Assembly (NCBI RefSeq): GCF_963921235.1
Contig: NC_086097.1
Location: 62,188,001 to 62,252,000 of the forward strand
DNA from: Mobula hypostoma
Taxonomy: Eukaryota
Length of the DNA: 64,000 bases
Direction: 5' to 3'
The translations under genes and the position numbers were made by a program. Numbering within the stretch: the first letter of the stretch is position 1; every line of letters starts with the position of its first letter. The notes under the pieces were generated by a model. The model had not been told where the DNA came from and made no database searches. It saw only the letters and a program-made list of their open reading frames with translations. Of the stretch, positions 24,543 to 39,116 are shown one piece after another.

Positions 24543-25399
24543 AAAAATCTGTAATTTGATGTCATAGTCTGGATGACAAAGCAGTCAGAAAGGACTGATT
24601 TTCCAGACATTTACTATAGGTATTGTTCAAAGGACAAGGCAGAAGGGGAGGTGTAGATGTCATTTTGCCAAAACTGAGGAAGAATGAAATACAAGTAGAT
24701 AGTAAAAAAACAGAGGCAACAATAGGCCATTGGGCCTCATGTGCTTGTGCACCACTCTCCTGCATTTACCTCAATTCCCTTTCATTTTTAAATCTCTCTC
24801 TGCCTTGAATGTGAGGTTTTGGAAAACTTGTGGATTTAGACAGTTAAGAGGCAGCAGAGCTATGCCTTAGTAATTCTAAGAGCTGTGAGCATGACGACCA
24901 TTGCCCTCTCTTTTCCTTGTAAAGCAGGTCAGCCGCACACAGTAATAAAGTGAGATAGCACTGAGGTGAAAGGGCCAGATGGCGTACCACAAGCCTTGTT
25001 TTAAATTTTTATGCTGAATAAATATGGCTGCTGACATTTGCTGACTAATAAAACATTGGGTTTTCTTTCCACTCTTGTAGTAGCTCAGTTACATTTTTTT
25101 AATCAGTTCACAACTTGGGACTGGGGGAACTCTAGCAAGGTCAGGTTTTATTACCAGTCACAAAATGCTTCTGAGACGAAGGGTTGAGTTGCCTGATTGA
25201 ATCACTGAACTCTTTCTGGTGAAGGAGCTCCATAGTACTCTTGGGTAGGGAGTCCAGGGTTTAGACACAGCCACTATGAAGGAAGAGTAATATACTATGT
25301 TTCCAAGTTAAGACGGTGAGTAATCTGGAGGACAGCTTTCGTGGGGAGGTGCACTCATGCACCTCCTCCTCTTGAACTTCTTGGTGGATTAAAAAGTAC

Positions 25400-26280
25400 T
25401 ATTTAATAGTCTAGACCAAAGATGTATTTTCTAGATAGTTGCTTAATGCGCTGAAACCCTTTTCCAACCAGGCGTCTCTAGAAAAACGGCTGGTTAGCCC
25501 CTTGCTGACAAGCTAAGGGACTCCGTGGTGAGAAAACCACCTTTCTCGAACTCCATGCGTCTAGAGTCAATATGACTTGGGTCCCACCAGACCAGGAGAG
25601 CCAGGATATTTCGACCAATCGCACCTGAATCTGAGCAATACTGTCCACTTGTAATTACCCGTTGGCAAGAAATAGCAGATTGTGCACTGCATTCAAATAT
25701 CATGAAAGTATATTTACTAATTTCAGCTTTTTCAAACAGTTAGTAGGAAAAAATCAAATAAAAAACATAAAAAGGGCCCATTACAGTTAACCCAGTCCAA
25801 ATGTGCACACAAATTGGAGCTCATCCTGAAGTTGTCTTTAACTCACGTACTACCCATGGTCTGCATAAAAACACACACCACCTTCTGAATGTTGCTCAAA
25901 ATCCATCTCGAACAAATGGGCTCCCCCACAGGGGTATTGGTCCTTCCCCCTAGAAGCCATTCATCTGCACAAAGCACCTTTTGCAACAGGGATGGCATCC
26001 TCAGCCATCTTCTCACCTGTCTTCTCCCAGCCCACCAAAAAGACCTTGAGCCGCACCAGTGTCTGTCACCAAAACCTCTCAGAACAGTGTTCAAGAACCC
26101 TCTCCCAATTCCACCAACCTGACTGGCTGACACAGCATTCGTAGGTTGAACAACACAGCCCCTTATCTTTAGCTTAAACCCAAACATACTAAAAGTAGAA
26201 CAGACTGCTCTTACAGAACTGCTAAAATGAAATACCTACAGATTAGCGATAAAAATCTTAACCAGAGACAGACACAGACA
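25400..26280 (-). mobile_element. Possible LTR plus adjacent leader/gag start of a Gypsy-like element
   Basis: Non-LINE, CpG-retaining block. On the minus strand a ...gtaattaca end at 25650 is followed by FLETPGW-like codons. The other terminus and a TSD were not resolved. Confidence 0.3.
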
Positions 26281-26559
26281 AACTCTTTGAACTTCTGTTC
26301 CCATGCCATTATTTCAGCCTGGTTTGTTTAATTCAAGCAACTTGTGTTCATTATTACTGCTCAGAATACCTTATAAATAAGACACTTTAATGGTCACTCC
26401 TTTTCCATCAGTCCATCAATGATATGGACATATTTCTTTAGCTTCAAAAGAACATTTTTACATAAGCAATATGCCCAAATGCAAAAAAAAAAATCCATCA
26501 AGCCAATTTGACAAATACATGAAAGATTCATCAACCTGGCTCTCCAGGTGACCATCAGA

Positions 26560-28874
26560 CATTAGCAGAATTGGAGGAAACAACACACTGGACCACTATT
26601 ACATGACCATCAAGAATACCTATCATGCTATTATATTCCACGCCCTCACTTTGGGAAGTCTGATCACCTGGCTGTACTTCTACTCCCTGAGTATAGGCAG
26701 AGACTGAAGACTGCAGCACCAGCAGTGAGGACCAAGAAGATATGGACAAGGGAAGCACAGAAGCACTTACAGGACTGCTTTGAATTGGTGGACTGGACTA
26801 TGTTCAGGGATTCATCTTCAAATCTGGATGAGTATGCTGCAGTTGTTATCGACTTCTTTCTTTATTAAAACCTGTGTGAATGAGTATGTGCCTACAAAGA
26901 CATTCTCAAACCAAAAGCCATGGATGAACCAGGAGGTGTGTCATCTGCTGAAGACTAGATCTGTGGCATTCAAGTCTGGCAAACTAGGCCTGTACCAGAA
27001 AAGCAGGTATGATTTGCAAGGGCTATTTCAAGGGCGAAGAGACAATTTCTAACGAGGTTGGAGGCCACATTGGAAGTATGACAACTCTGGCAGGGTTTGC
27101 AAGACATTACTTCCTACAAAGCAAAACCTAATAGCGTGAATGGCAGTGATGCTTCAGTACCAGATTAACTCAATGCCTTCTATACCCGCTTTGAAAGGGA
27201 AAATATAACTACAGCTGTGAAGATCCCTGCTGCACCTCATGACCCTGTGAACTCTCTCTCAGAGGCCGATGTTAGGCTGTCTTTAAAGAGGGTGAACCCT
27301 CGCAAGGCAGAAGGTCCCGATGGAGTACCTTGCAAGGCTCTGAAATCCTGTCCCGACCAGCTGGCGGGAATATTCAATGATATTTTCAACCTCTCACTGC
27401 TATGGGCGGAAGTTCCCACTTGCTTCAAAAAGGCAACAATTATATCAGTGCCTAAGAAGAATAATGTGAGCTGCCTTAATGACTATCGCCTGGTAACACT
27501 CATATCTACAGTGATAAAATGCTTTGAGATATTGGTAATGAACTAAACTCCTGCCTCAGCAAGGACCTGGACCCATTGCAATTTACCTATCGCCACAATA
27601 GGTCAACAGCAGACGCAATCTCAATGGCTCTCCACATGGTTTTAGACCAGCTGGACAACACAAACACCTGTGTCAGGATACTGTTCATCGACAATGGCTC
27701 AGCATTTAACACTGTAATTCCTACAATCCTGATTAAGAAGTTACAAAACCAGGGCCTCTGTACATCCCTTTGCAATTGGATCCTCGACTTTCTAACCGGA
27801 AGATCACATTCTGTACAGATTGGTGATAACACCTCCTCCTCGCTGATGATCAACAATGGCGCACCTCAGGGGTGTGTGCTTAGCCCACTGCTCTACTCTC
27901 TATATACACATGACTGTGTGGCTAGGCATAGCTCAAATACCATCTATAAATTTGCTGATGATACAACCATTGTTAGTAGAATCTCAGGTGGTGATGAGAA
28001 AGACGTACAGGAGCGAGATATGCCAACTATTGGAGTGGTGCTCAGCAACAACCTGGCACTCAACACCATTAAGACAAAAGAGCTGATTGTGGACTTCAGG
28101 AAGGGTAAGAGGAAGGAACACATACCAGTCTTCAGAGACGAATCAGAAGTAGAGAGAGTGAGCAGCTTCAAGTACCAGGATGTCAAGATCTCTACGGATC
28201 CAACCTTGTCTCAACATACTGATGCAGTTATACAGAAAGCAAGACAGCAGCTATACTTCATTCGGAGTTTGAAGAGATTTGGCATGTCAACAAACACGCT
28301 CAAAAACATCTATAGTTATACCTTGGAGAGCATTCCGACAGGCTGCATCACTGTCTGGCATGGAGGTGGGGGGGGGGGGCGCTACTGCACAGGACTGAAA
28401 GAAGCTGCAAAGGGTTGTAAACTTAGCCAGCTCTATCTTGGGTACTAGCCTACAAAGTACCCAGGGCATCTTTGGTGAGTGGGGTTTCAGAAAGGCAGTA
28501 TCCATTATTAAGGACCTCCAGCACCCAGGGCATGCCCTTTTCTTACTGTTACCATCAAGTAGGAGGTACAGAAGCCTGAAGGCACACACTCAGCAATTCA
28601 AGAACAGCTTCTTCACTTCTGCCATCTGATTCCTAAATGGACATTGAATCCTTGGACACTACCTCACTTTTTTAATACACATTATTTCTGGGGGGGGGGG
28701 GTGTTTGAGCGATTTTTAATCTACTCAATATAAATATACTGCAATTGATTTACTTTTTTATTTATTATTATTTTTTTTCTTATATATTATGTATTGCATT
28801 GAATTGCTGCTGCTGTTAACGAATTTCACGACACATGCCAGTGATAATAAACGTGATTCTGATTCTGATTCTGA
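26560..28874 (+). mobile_element. Rex1/Babar LINE, degenerate EN end and RT
   Basis: NQKPWMN, LNDYRLVTL, SAFNT, GAPQGCVLSPLLYSLYTHDC, KFADDTT; (GATTCT)n tail. Confidence 0.9.
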
Positions 28875-29129
28875 AATTCCCATGTTAATAGTGCCTGAGA
28901 CTACGAAAATCCAGCTGCTATTAGCAAACAATAGACATTAACAAACCTACAGTGCTTATCTTGTGCAGACACTCTACAAGCTCACAAAGTTAAATTGTCA
29001 TTGTTCAGACATTCGAGTATTTTGCAAAATTTAATACAATACAGCTGGTGATGTACATTTAGATTTGCAGATGGGGTGTAATTAAACAGGCCACTTTGTT
29101 CTGATTAGTTTTGAGCTTTATAAGAGTTC

Positions 29130-30780
29130 TGTGAGCCACAGTCATCCAGGCAAGTGGATGGTAATCAATCACGTTCCTGACATACCTTATAGATTTTGAA
29201 GGACTTTGTGGTCATAGCAGATAGGACACTACACAACCCTTGACCTATTTTCGTAACCATGGTATTTATGTAACAGGTCATGATAAACCCTAGAATGCTG
29301 ATAAAGAGGAGTTTGCAGAGATACTGTTGTAGAAAGTCAGGAGTAGATGGTTGCACAATCCCATGTTAGGGATGTCACTGTCTGACACCTGAGTAATGTA
29401 ACTGTCAGTTACTATAAATCAGTCCATGTTTGATTGTTGTCCAAGTCTTTCTGCATGGAGTCATGGGCTGATTGTCTTTCCAATTTGTGAACAAAATTGA
29501 ACATTGTGCAATCACCTGCAAGATCCACACTCCTGACTTCATGATGAAAGGGAATGATGGCTGGTTCTAGAACACCGAACATACTAACTGTTGCAGTGAT
29601 ATTCTAGAGCGTGAATGATTGATCTTCAAAAGCCACCCCTATTTTCTTGTATGGGGCATAATTGCAGCCAATTTAATGACATCTCCTTATTCTTATCTCT
29701 TTCAATTTTACCAGAGCTCTTTGATGGCACATTTAGTTGAGCGCTGCCTTGATTTCAAGGATAGTCTCCCTCACCTCATTTCTGGAATGTCAGCTCTTTG
29801 CTCCACCTTGCAACCAAGACTATGACATAGGGTGGAGTTGTGTGTCATGGCAAAATTGAGCCCAAGCCTGACTGAGCAAGTTAGGTAGTTGAAAATTGTT
29901 ACTAATTGTTATTTACTAATGCATTACTAATAACTGTGTAAAGTTACTGAGCAGTCATTAGCTAGATTGAATTCATCTTGTTTTTGTTTTACTTAGATGT
30001 GGCATGGCTGGGCAAATATCCACAACTTCCATTAAATATCAATATTAAAGCTTGACAGCACCAATTTGTGTAGAGGCTCCACTGATTCCAGAGTGGAAGT
30101 TCTCAGTGGTACAGCTAGGATACTATCTACTTCCATATCCTTTACAATATTAGTGCCATTAATTGATATCATGTTGGAGAAAACTGAATTAGTTGAAGAC
30201 CACCTTTGGATATGGACATGATCTCAGGAAGAAACAGCCACATCATCTACTGAGATGTATTATCAAAATACCTACAAGATATTGGAGCAGAATTAGGCTA
30301 CTTAGCCAATCAAGTCTACTCTGCCATTCCATCTATTTGAAACTTTTGATTGAATTTGACTGTGAATGCTATAGTCTTTTTAAGCACTGACGTATAGGCC
30401 CACTAATGTTGAAAATAGGGTTGTTCTTGGGGCTTCCTCTTCTAGTTAGTTGCCTAATTACCTATGAATCATTAACCAGGACTGCAGAGTCTTCATCTGA
30501 TCTGCAGACTGGGAATGGCTTCAATCCATTAACTGCCTTCAGTTTGTGCCATTCCACATGTGTGTAGTCTAACTGTATCTTTGCTAGGTTTACATCTTGA
30601 CAGTAGCACCTAGTTTAACTAACATCACTCTTCCAGTTTTCCCAAACAGAATTGATTGTAATACGAGCAGGATGATGTGTGGGCCATGAGCTAACAGATT
30701 ATGGTGGAGTGATTGGTCTACAGCACCCTAAGGATGCTCAGTGATGGGCTGACAGATCTATTCCAAGTCTTCGCCATTCA
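29130..30780 (-). mobile_element. Ancient, heavily decayed CR1/L2-type LINE
   Basis: Weak antisense RT-like remnants (ttgatggcac...gccttgatttcaagg; gtgcaatcacctgcaaagat). Related pieces at ~25120-25390 and ~41520-41800. Confidence 0.4.
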
Positions 30781-30983
30781 ATACAATTGTAAAGTTCAAT
30801 GTAATTGTATTATCAAAATACTACAGGATTTGGAGCAGAATTAGGCCATTTGGACAAGTGAGAGTGTTCTGCCATTGCACCATGGCTCAACAAATTTTCC
30901 TTTCAGCCCTGATTTCTGCCTTCTCCCCATATCCCTTTAGGCCCTGACCAATCAAGAATCTATCAACTTCTGCCTTAAATATA

Positions 30984-33851
30984 CTTTATACTTCATACTC
31001 GCCAAAAAAATGGTACTAGAACGCACAATCATCACAGCAATATTTGATTCTGCGCTTCACACTCCCTGGATTACAAATATTAAATATTAAAAATTGTTAA
31101 AATTAGTAAATATTAAAAACTTAAATTATAAATCAGAAATAGAAAATAGAAAAATGGGAATTAAGGTAGTGCAAAAAAACCGAGAGGCAGGTCCAGATAT
31201 TTGGAGGGTACGGCCCAGATCCGGGTCAGGATCCGTTCAGCAGTCTTATCACAGTTGGAAAGAAGCTGTTCCCAAATCTGGCCGTATGAGTCTTCAAGCT
31301 CCTGAACCTTCTCCCGGAGGGAAGAGGGACGAAAAGTGTGTTGGCTTGGTGGATCATGTTCTTGATTATCCTGGCAGCACTGTTCCGACAACGTGTGGTG
31401 TAAAGTGAGTCCACGGATGGGAGATTGGTTTGTGTGATGTGCTGCACCGTGTTCACGACCTTCTACAGCTTCTTTCGGTCTCGGACAGGACAGCTTCCAT
31501 ACCAGGTTGTGATGCACCCTAGAAAAATGCTTTCTACAGGGCATCTATAAAAATTAGTGAGAGTTTAGGGGACAGGCCAAATTTCTTTAGTCTTCTCAGG
31601 AAGTAAAGGCGCTGGTGGGCCTTCTTGGCAGTGAACTGTGCTTGGTTGGACCAAGTCAGGTCATTTGTGATATTGACCCTGAGGAACTTAAAGCTTTTGA
31701 CCTGTTCCACTTGTGCACCACCGATGTAAATTGGGTTGTGTGGTCCACTACTCCTTCTGAAGTCAATAACCAATTCCTTCGTCTTGCTGACGTTGAGGGA
31801 TAGGTTATTGTCTTCGCACCATGCCACCAGATTCTTAATTTCCTCTCTGTACTCAAACTCATCATTACCCGAGATACGGCCTACAATTGCTTGTGTCATC
31901 AGCAAACTTATATATTGAGTTTGATGGAAACTTGGCTACACAATCATGGGTGTACAGTGAGTACAGCAGGGGGCTGAGTACACAGCCTTGTGGGGCACCG
32001 GTGCTCAGAGTGATTGTAGAGGAGAGCTTGTCCCCTATTTTTACAGCCTGGGTCCTGTCTGTGAGGAAGTTGAAGATCCAGCTGCAGATCTGAGTGCTAA
32101 GGCCCAGGTTCCGGAGCTTAGGAATCAGTTTATTTGGAATGATGGTATTAAAGGCAGAGCTGTAGTCAATGAAAAGGAACCTTACGTATGCGTCTTTATT
32201 CTCCAGGTTTTCTAAGGAGGAACGTCGGGCCAGAGAGATGGCATCTGCCATTGACCTGTTGCTCCGGTAGACGAATTGCAAAGCGTCGAGGTTGACCGGT
32301 AGGCTGTGGTTGATGTGGGCCATAACCAATCTCTCGAAGCACTTCATAGCAATTGACGTCAGAGCCACAGGTCGATAGTCATTCAGGCATGCCACCTTGC
32401 TCTTCTTCGGCACTGGGATTATGGTTGCCTTCTTAAAACATGAGAGGATCTCAGACTGAAGCAAGGGCCAGATGAAGATGTCAGCAAACACTCCAGCTAG
32501 CTCGGTTGCACAGGCCCAGAGAACCCGTCCTGGGATGCCATCTGGGCCCGTCGCCTTCCTTGGATTTATCTTCAGGAAGGCCCTTCTAACGTCCTCCTCG
32601 GTGACGATGAATCTCGATGCCACCAGGTCCAGTTCATCCGGAGGAAGCGGGATGCTTCTCTTCTGTTCGAATCTTGCGTAGAATACGTTAAGTTCGTCAG
32701 GAAGAGAAGCGCCACAGTTATTGATATTCCCAGCCTTTTCTTTGCTCCCAGTAGTCTCATTTAGACCCTGCCATAGTCTACTGGCGTCCCTTTGGTTAGC
32801 CTGGGCTTCCAACTTGGCTCGATATTGCCTCTTGGTGCCCATAATGGCTTTCCAGAGTTCACTCCTGGATTCCGTGTAGCGACTGGTATCCCCGGACCTA
32901 AAAGCCACAGCTCTAGCCTTTAAAAGGGGCTTGACCTCATAATTCATTCAAGGATTCCGGTTAGGGAATACCCGGATTGTCTTGCGAGACACACAGTCCT
33001 CCGTGAATTTCCAAATAAAGTCGGTAACAGCTGAGGCATACTCATTGAGGTTAGCTGCCGAGTCCTTGAATACTAACCAGTCCACCGATTCAAAGCTGTC
33101 ACGGAGGACCTCATCTGTTTCCTCTGTCCAACACGACACTGCTTTTGACACAGTGACCTCCTGCTTCAGTTTCTGTTTGTAAGCTGGGTTGAGGAGTACG
33201 GCCTGATGGTCCGATTTTCCGAAGTGAGGTCGTGGGATGGAACAGTAGGCATCCTTGAGTGTTGGTATAACTTTGGCAGTGCCTTTCTGAGGTTGGCCTG
33301 GTTAAATTCCCCAGGTGTAATGAGCAAAGCCTCCAGATACCTGGTCTCAAGTTCACTGATGTTGGCATATAGTATGTTCAGAGCACACTCCACGTCCACC
33401 TGAGAGGGAATGTAGACAGCTGTCAGTATCGCAGATAGTAGGGACGACACTTCACCAACAGGTGTTCCAGGTCCGGGCTGCAGGAGCTTGTCAGTGCCAC
33501 TGTGTCCGAGCACCACCCAGTGTTGATCAGTAGGCAGACACCACCTCCCCTCGTCTTGCCCGAAGATGTCGTGCGGTCCATCCGATGGATCAAAAATCCC
33601 TCCGGTCAGATGGCACAGTTGGGGGTGGCAGGGGAGAGCCAGGTCTAGGTGAAACAGAGTACACAGCAGTTCTGCATCTCCCAGCAGTAGGTGAGTCTCC
33701 CTTTAAGATCATCCACCTTGTTCTCTATGGCTTGCACATTAGCTAGTAGGATGGTGGGCATAGGGACCCTGAAGCCCCTCAGCTTCAATCTGACCAGCAG
33801 CCCAGCTCTTTTCCCATGCTTCCTCGGTTAGTACTGCATCTTTCCAGTTCT
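30984..33851 (-). mobile_element. Rex1/Babar LINE with nearly full EN and RT, several frameshifts and stops
   Basis: AVYIP, GEFNQANL, LNDYRPVALTS, FIDYSSAFNTI, GAPQGCVLSPLLYSLYT, KFADD, RFGNSFFPTVIRLLN; (AAGTAT)-like tail. Confidence 0.92.
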
Positions 33852-35127
33852 CCATCAATAAGGACTTGGCCATTGCAGCTGCCAGTGGCAACAAATTCCA
33901 CAAATTCAACACTCTCTGACTAAAGAAATTCCTCCTCATCTCCATCCTAAAATGATGCCCGTCTGGTCTTGGACTCTCCCACCATAGGAAACATTCTCTT
34001 CACATGCACTGTGGAGACATTTCACCATTTGATAGGTTTCAGTGAGGTCGCCCCCTCATTCTTCTGAATTCCAGTGAATACAGGACCAAAACCAAACACT
34101 CTTCACATGACAAGCCATTCAATCCTGGAATCATTTTTGTGAAACTCCTTTGAACACTCGCCAGTTTCAGCATATCCTTTCTAAGGTAAAGGGCCTAAAA
34201 TTGCTTGCAATACTCTGTGAGGCCTCTTCAGTGCTTCATAAAGACTCAACATTACATTCTTGCTTTTATATTCTAGTCCTCTTGAAATGAATACTAACAT
34301 TGCACTTGACTTCCTCACCGCAGACTCAACCTACAAATTAATCTTTAGGAAATCCTGCACAAGGACTCCCAAGTCACTGAGAGAAAAATACAAAAAAACT
34401 GAGGCACTATTTGGAAAACAGTCAAACCTTTCATTTCTTCTACCAAAGTGCATCACCATATGTCTCAACACTGCATTCTGTCTGCCATGGGTTTGCCCAT
34501 TCTCATAATCTCTCCAAGTCCTTCTGTAGCCCCTCTACTACCTCAAAACTACCTACCCTCCACCTATCTTCATATCATCTACAAACTTTACAACAAAGCC
34601 ATTAATTACATCATCCAAATCACTGACATAATGCAAAAAGAATCCGTCGCAACACAGATCCTCGTGGAAAAGCACTAGTCAACAGCAGCCAACCAAAAGA
34701 GGCTCCTTCCTCCCCTCCCACTCTTTGCCATCTGCCAGTCAGCCACTGTTTTATCCATGCTAGCATATTTCCTGTAATACCATGGGCTCAAAGCTTGTTA
34801 CGCAGCCTCATGTATTGCACCTTGTCAAAGATCTTCTGAAAATCCAAGTGCACAACATCAACCGATTCACCTTTGTCTATCCTGCTTGTTATTTCTTCAA
34901 AGAATTCAAGCAGAATTGTCAGGCAAGATGCTCCCTCCGGTTAACCATGCTGATGACAGCCTATTTTAACATATGCCTTCAAGTACCCTGATATCTCATC
35001 CTTAATAAATCGACTCCAACATCATCCCAACTACTAAAGTCAGACTAGCTGGCCAACAGTTTCCTTATGCTCCTCTCCCTCCTTGAAGAATGGAGTGACA
35101 TTTTTAATTTTCCAGTCTTCTGGAACT

Positions 35128-35526
35128 CGGCCTTTTCTCCTTGGAGTAAAGGAGGATGAGAGGTGACCTGATAGAGGTGTATAAGATGATGAGATTGATC
35201 ATGTGGGTAGTCAGAAGCTTTTTCCCAGGGCTGAAATGGCTGCCACAAGAGGGCACAGGTTTAAGGTGCTTGGGAGTAGGTACAGAGGAGATGTCATGGG
35301 TAAGTTTTTTTTTATGCAAAGAGTGGTGAGTGTGTGGAATGGGCTGCTGGCAATGGTGGTGGAGATGGATATGATAGGGTCTTTTATGAGACTTTTGGAT
35401 AGGTACATGGAGCTTAAAAAAATAGAGGGCTATGGGTAACCCTAATAATTTCTAAGGTAGGGACATGTTCGGCACAACTTTGTGGGCCGAAAGGCCTGTA
35501 TTGTGCTGTTGGTTTTCTATGTTTCT
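35128..35526 (+). mobile_element. CR1 3' fragment inserted antisense into the host CR1
   Basis: RGHRFKV...FFMQRVVSVWN; ttctatgtttct tail; flanking aact at 35124-35127 and 35527-35530. Confidence 0.85.
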
Positions 35527-37914
35527 AACTATTCCAGAATCTAGTGATTCTTGAAAAATCATTACTAATGCCTCCACAATCTCTTCAGCTACCTCTTTCA
35601 GTACCTTGTGGTGTACACCATTTGGTCCAAGTTATTTATCTACCTTTAGACTTTTTGGTTTCTCAAGAACCTTCTCTCTAGTTCTGGTAGCTTCATGGTC
35701 CTTGACACCTGGGACTCCCACCATACTGTTGGTGTCTTCCACAGTGAAACTGATGCAAAATACTTATTCAGTTGGTCCACCATCACTACCTCTCTAGAAA
35801 AGTTCTCCAGTGGAATGAAGTCCACTCTTGCCTTTTTTTACACTATGTATCTGAAGAAACTTTTCCTATCCTCTTATTGGCTAGCTTATTTTCATATTCC
35901 ATCTTTACCCTAATGATTTTTCTAGATTTCTCTGTTGGTTTGTAAAGGCATCCCAATCTTCTAACTTCCCACTAATTTTTAGCTCATTATATGCCTTCTT
36001 TGACTTTATGGTAGCCTTGAATCCTCTTTATCCAGAGTTGTGTCATTTTCTTCTTCAGAATGCTTCCTCCTCTTTGGATTGTATATATTTTGTGCCCTTG
36101 GAATTGCTTTCAGAAATTCCAGCCATAGTTGCTCTGCCATCATCCCTGCCAGTGTTCTTTTCCAATCAATTCTGGCCAACTCCTCTCTCATGCTTCTGCA
36201 ATTCCCTTTATTCCACTATAATGTTGATACGCCTGTCTTTAGCTTCTCTTTCTCAAATTTCAGAGTTAATTCGATCATACTGTGATCATTTGTCCCCAGG
36301 GGTGATTTTACCTGAAGCTCTCTGATCAATTCTGGTTCATCGCACAACACCAATCCAAAACAGCATCATGAAGTTTATCTCCTTGTAGAGTCAACCACAA
36401 GCTGCTCTAAAATCCCAATCTCATAAGTACTCCGGAAATGTTCCCTCCCGGAATCCAGCACCAACCTTAATTTCCCCCAATCAACCTGCATATTGATGTC
36501 CCCCATGACTTTTGTAATATTGCTCTTTTAGCATACATTTTCTATCTCCCATTGTAGTTTATAATTCACATGCTTACTGTTTGGGGTCTGTGTACAACTC
36601 CCATCAGAATCTTTTCTACCCATACCATTCCTTAGCTCTATCCACAATGATTCATCACCTTCTGACCCAATGTCACCTCTTTCTAATGATTTGATTTCAT
36701 ACCAACTGAGTAAAACCACCCCCACCCCGTCTTCCTGCCTATCTTTTCGATACAATATATGCATTTGTACATTAAGCTCTCAGCTATAATCTTCTTTCAG
36801 CCATGATTCAGTGATGTCTACAACATCATATAAGAGAGTCTGAAACTGTGCTGCAAGTTCATTGACCTTATTCCGTATAATGCACACATTCAAGTATAAC
36901 ACCTCCAGTCCTGTATTCACCTTTTTTGATTTTGTCCACCTTTTGCATTACAACGCAACCTGTAGACTGTAATTTTGCCCTGTCAACACATTACACATTA
37001 CCTCTGTTTGTAAATCAGCTACCTCATCTTCAGCACTATTATCTGTCTTTCCTGTAATACTTCTAGCTTTGAATGTATGCAACTCAGGACACTAGTCGCA
37101 CCATGCTCAACCTTTTAATTCCTAACTTTGCCTGATGCCTTACCAAGATCTGTGTCCACCACCTCTCCACTAACTATTCTGGCACTCTGATTCCCATCCC
37201 CCTACAACTAAGCATATCACCATATACAAACTTTGAAATTTATTGTCTTGCAGGCATACTCAAAAACCCATAGAACAATAACCATAACAGAATCAATGAA
37301 AGAACATACCAACTTGAGCATTCAACCAGTTTGCATAAAAAACAACAAACTGCAAATACAAGAAAGGAATAATAACAGTAAACAAGCAATAAATAGAGAA
37401 CAAGAGATGAAGAGTCTTTGAGGTGAATCCATAGGTTGTGAGAACATTTCAATGGCAAGGCACATGAAGTTGGGTTGATATCCCCTTTGGTGTCACAACT
37501 GACGAGATAGCTTCAATTTTAACTTTCCTCACACTGAGCAGGGGTGGATCCAATTGCAGAGAAAATTCACACAAACTGTAGAGAAAAAAATTCAACAAGG
37601 CTTTACCGAACTCCTTAGCACAGGCAAAGTCAAAATCTGAAATCATTGACAAGAACTAGAGATTCCTCCAAACAGAGGAAAGGCTCTGCTTACAAAAGAT
37701 GACTCCAAGAATAAGCAAAAAATGAGGGACAGGGAACCTGTGTAGGGCTACAAACAAGACAAAGGTGATAACAATGAACTAATATGTAGCCTAATAGGCA
37801 GGTGAACAGGAAGCGCAAACACGAGGAATTCCGCAGATGCTGGAATTTCAAGCAACACAAATCAAAGTTGCTGGCGAACACAGCAGACCATGCAGCATCT
37901 CTAGGAAGAGGTAC

Positions 37915-37950
37915 AGTCAACGTTTCAGGCCAAGACCCTTTGTCAGGACG
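37915..37950 (-). ncRNA. Decayed hammerhead motif in the inverted pLTR
   Basis: Minus strand gtc CTGACAA a gggt cttg gcct GAAA cg TT gact; core G8 is replaced by A. Confidence 0.5.
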
Positions 37951-38344
37951 AACGGAAAGAAGAGCTAGTAAGCGAATTGAAAGTGGGAGGGGGAGGGGGA
38001 GATCTGAAATGATAGGAGAAGACAGGAGGGGGGAGGGATGGAGCCAAGAGCTGGACAGGTGATTGGCAAAAGGGATATGAGAGGATCATGGGACAGGAGG
38101 CCTAGGGAGAAAGAAAGGGGGAGGGGCAAGCCCAGAGGATGGGCAAGAAGTATAGTGAGAGGGACAGAGGGAGAAAAAGGAGAGGGAGAAAATAAAAGTT
38201 AATAATAATAATAAATAAATAAATAACAGATGGGGTACGAAGGGGAGGTGGGGCGTTAACGGAAGTTAGAGAAGTCAATGTTCATGCCATCAGGTTGGAG
38301 GCTACCCAGACGGAATATAACGTGTTGTTCCTCCAACCTGAGTG

Positions 38345-38862
38345 CTGTTTCCTCCCCGCCGTCTCTGCTTTCCACAGGGATTGCTCCCTACGTGACTCCC
38401 CTGTCCATTTGTCCCCCCCATCCCTCCCCACTGATCTCCCTCCTGGCACTTTATCCTTGTAAGCGGAACAAGTGCTACACATGCCCTTACACTTCCTCCC
38501 TTACCACCATTCAGGGCCCCAGACAGTCCTTCCAGTTGAGGCGACACTTCACCTGTGAGTCGGCTGGGGTGATATACTGCGTCCGGTGCTCCCGATGTGG
38601 CCTTCTATATATTGGCGAGACCCGATGCAGACTGGGAGATCGTTTTGCTGAACACCTACGCTCTGTCCGCTGGAGAAAGCAGGATCTCCCAGTGGCCACA
38701 CATTTTAATTCCACATCCCATTCCCATTCTGATATGTCTATCCACGGCCTTCTCTACTGTCAATATGAAACCACACTCAGGTTAGAGGAACAACACCTTA
38801 TATTCCGTCTGGGTAGCCTCCAACCTGATGGCATGAACATTGACTTCTCTAACTTCTGCTAA
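38345..38862 (+). pseudogene. Penelope GIY-YIG endonuclease fragment with Cys-rich linker
   Basis: PCKRNKCYTC...FTCESAGVIYCVRCSRCGLLYIGET...RFAEH...VATHFN...LEEQHLIFRLGSLQPDGMN; the RT is absent. Confidence 0.92.
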
Positions 38863-39116
38863 TGCCCCACCTCCTCCATTATTTATTTATATACACACAT
38901 TCTTTCTTTCTCTCTCCTTTTTCTCCCTCTGTCCCTCTGACTATACCCCTTGCCCATCCTCTGGGTTTTTTTTCTCCCCCCCCCCCAACTTTTCCTTCTC
39001 CCTGGGCCTCCTGTCCCATGATCCTCTCATATCCCCTTTGCCAATCACCTGTCCAGCTCTTGGCTCCATCCCTCCCCCTCCCACTTTCAAATCTCTTACT
39101 AGCTCTTCCTTCAGTT

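Larger units (their letters stand above)
30825..37200 (-). mobile_element. Degenerate CR1 LINE (ORF2) hosting a Rex1 and a second CR1
   Basis: 3' UTR at 30825-30983 continues at 33852 (RRNFFSQRVLNLWN). RT remnants at 34500-35000; endonuclease remnants (YRKDR...ESLWIELRN) at 36530-36760. Confidence 0.75.
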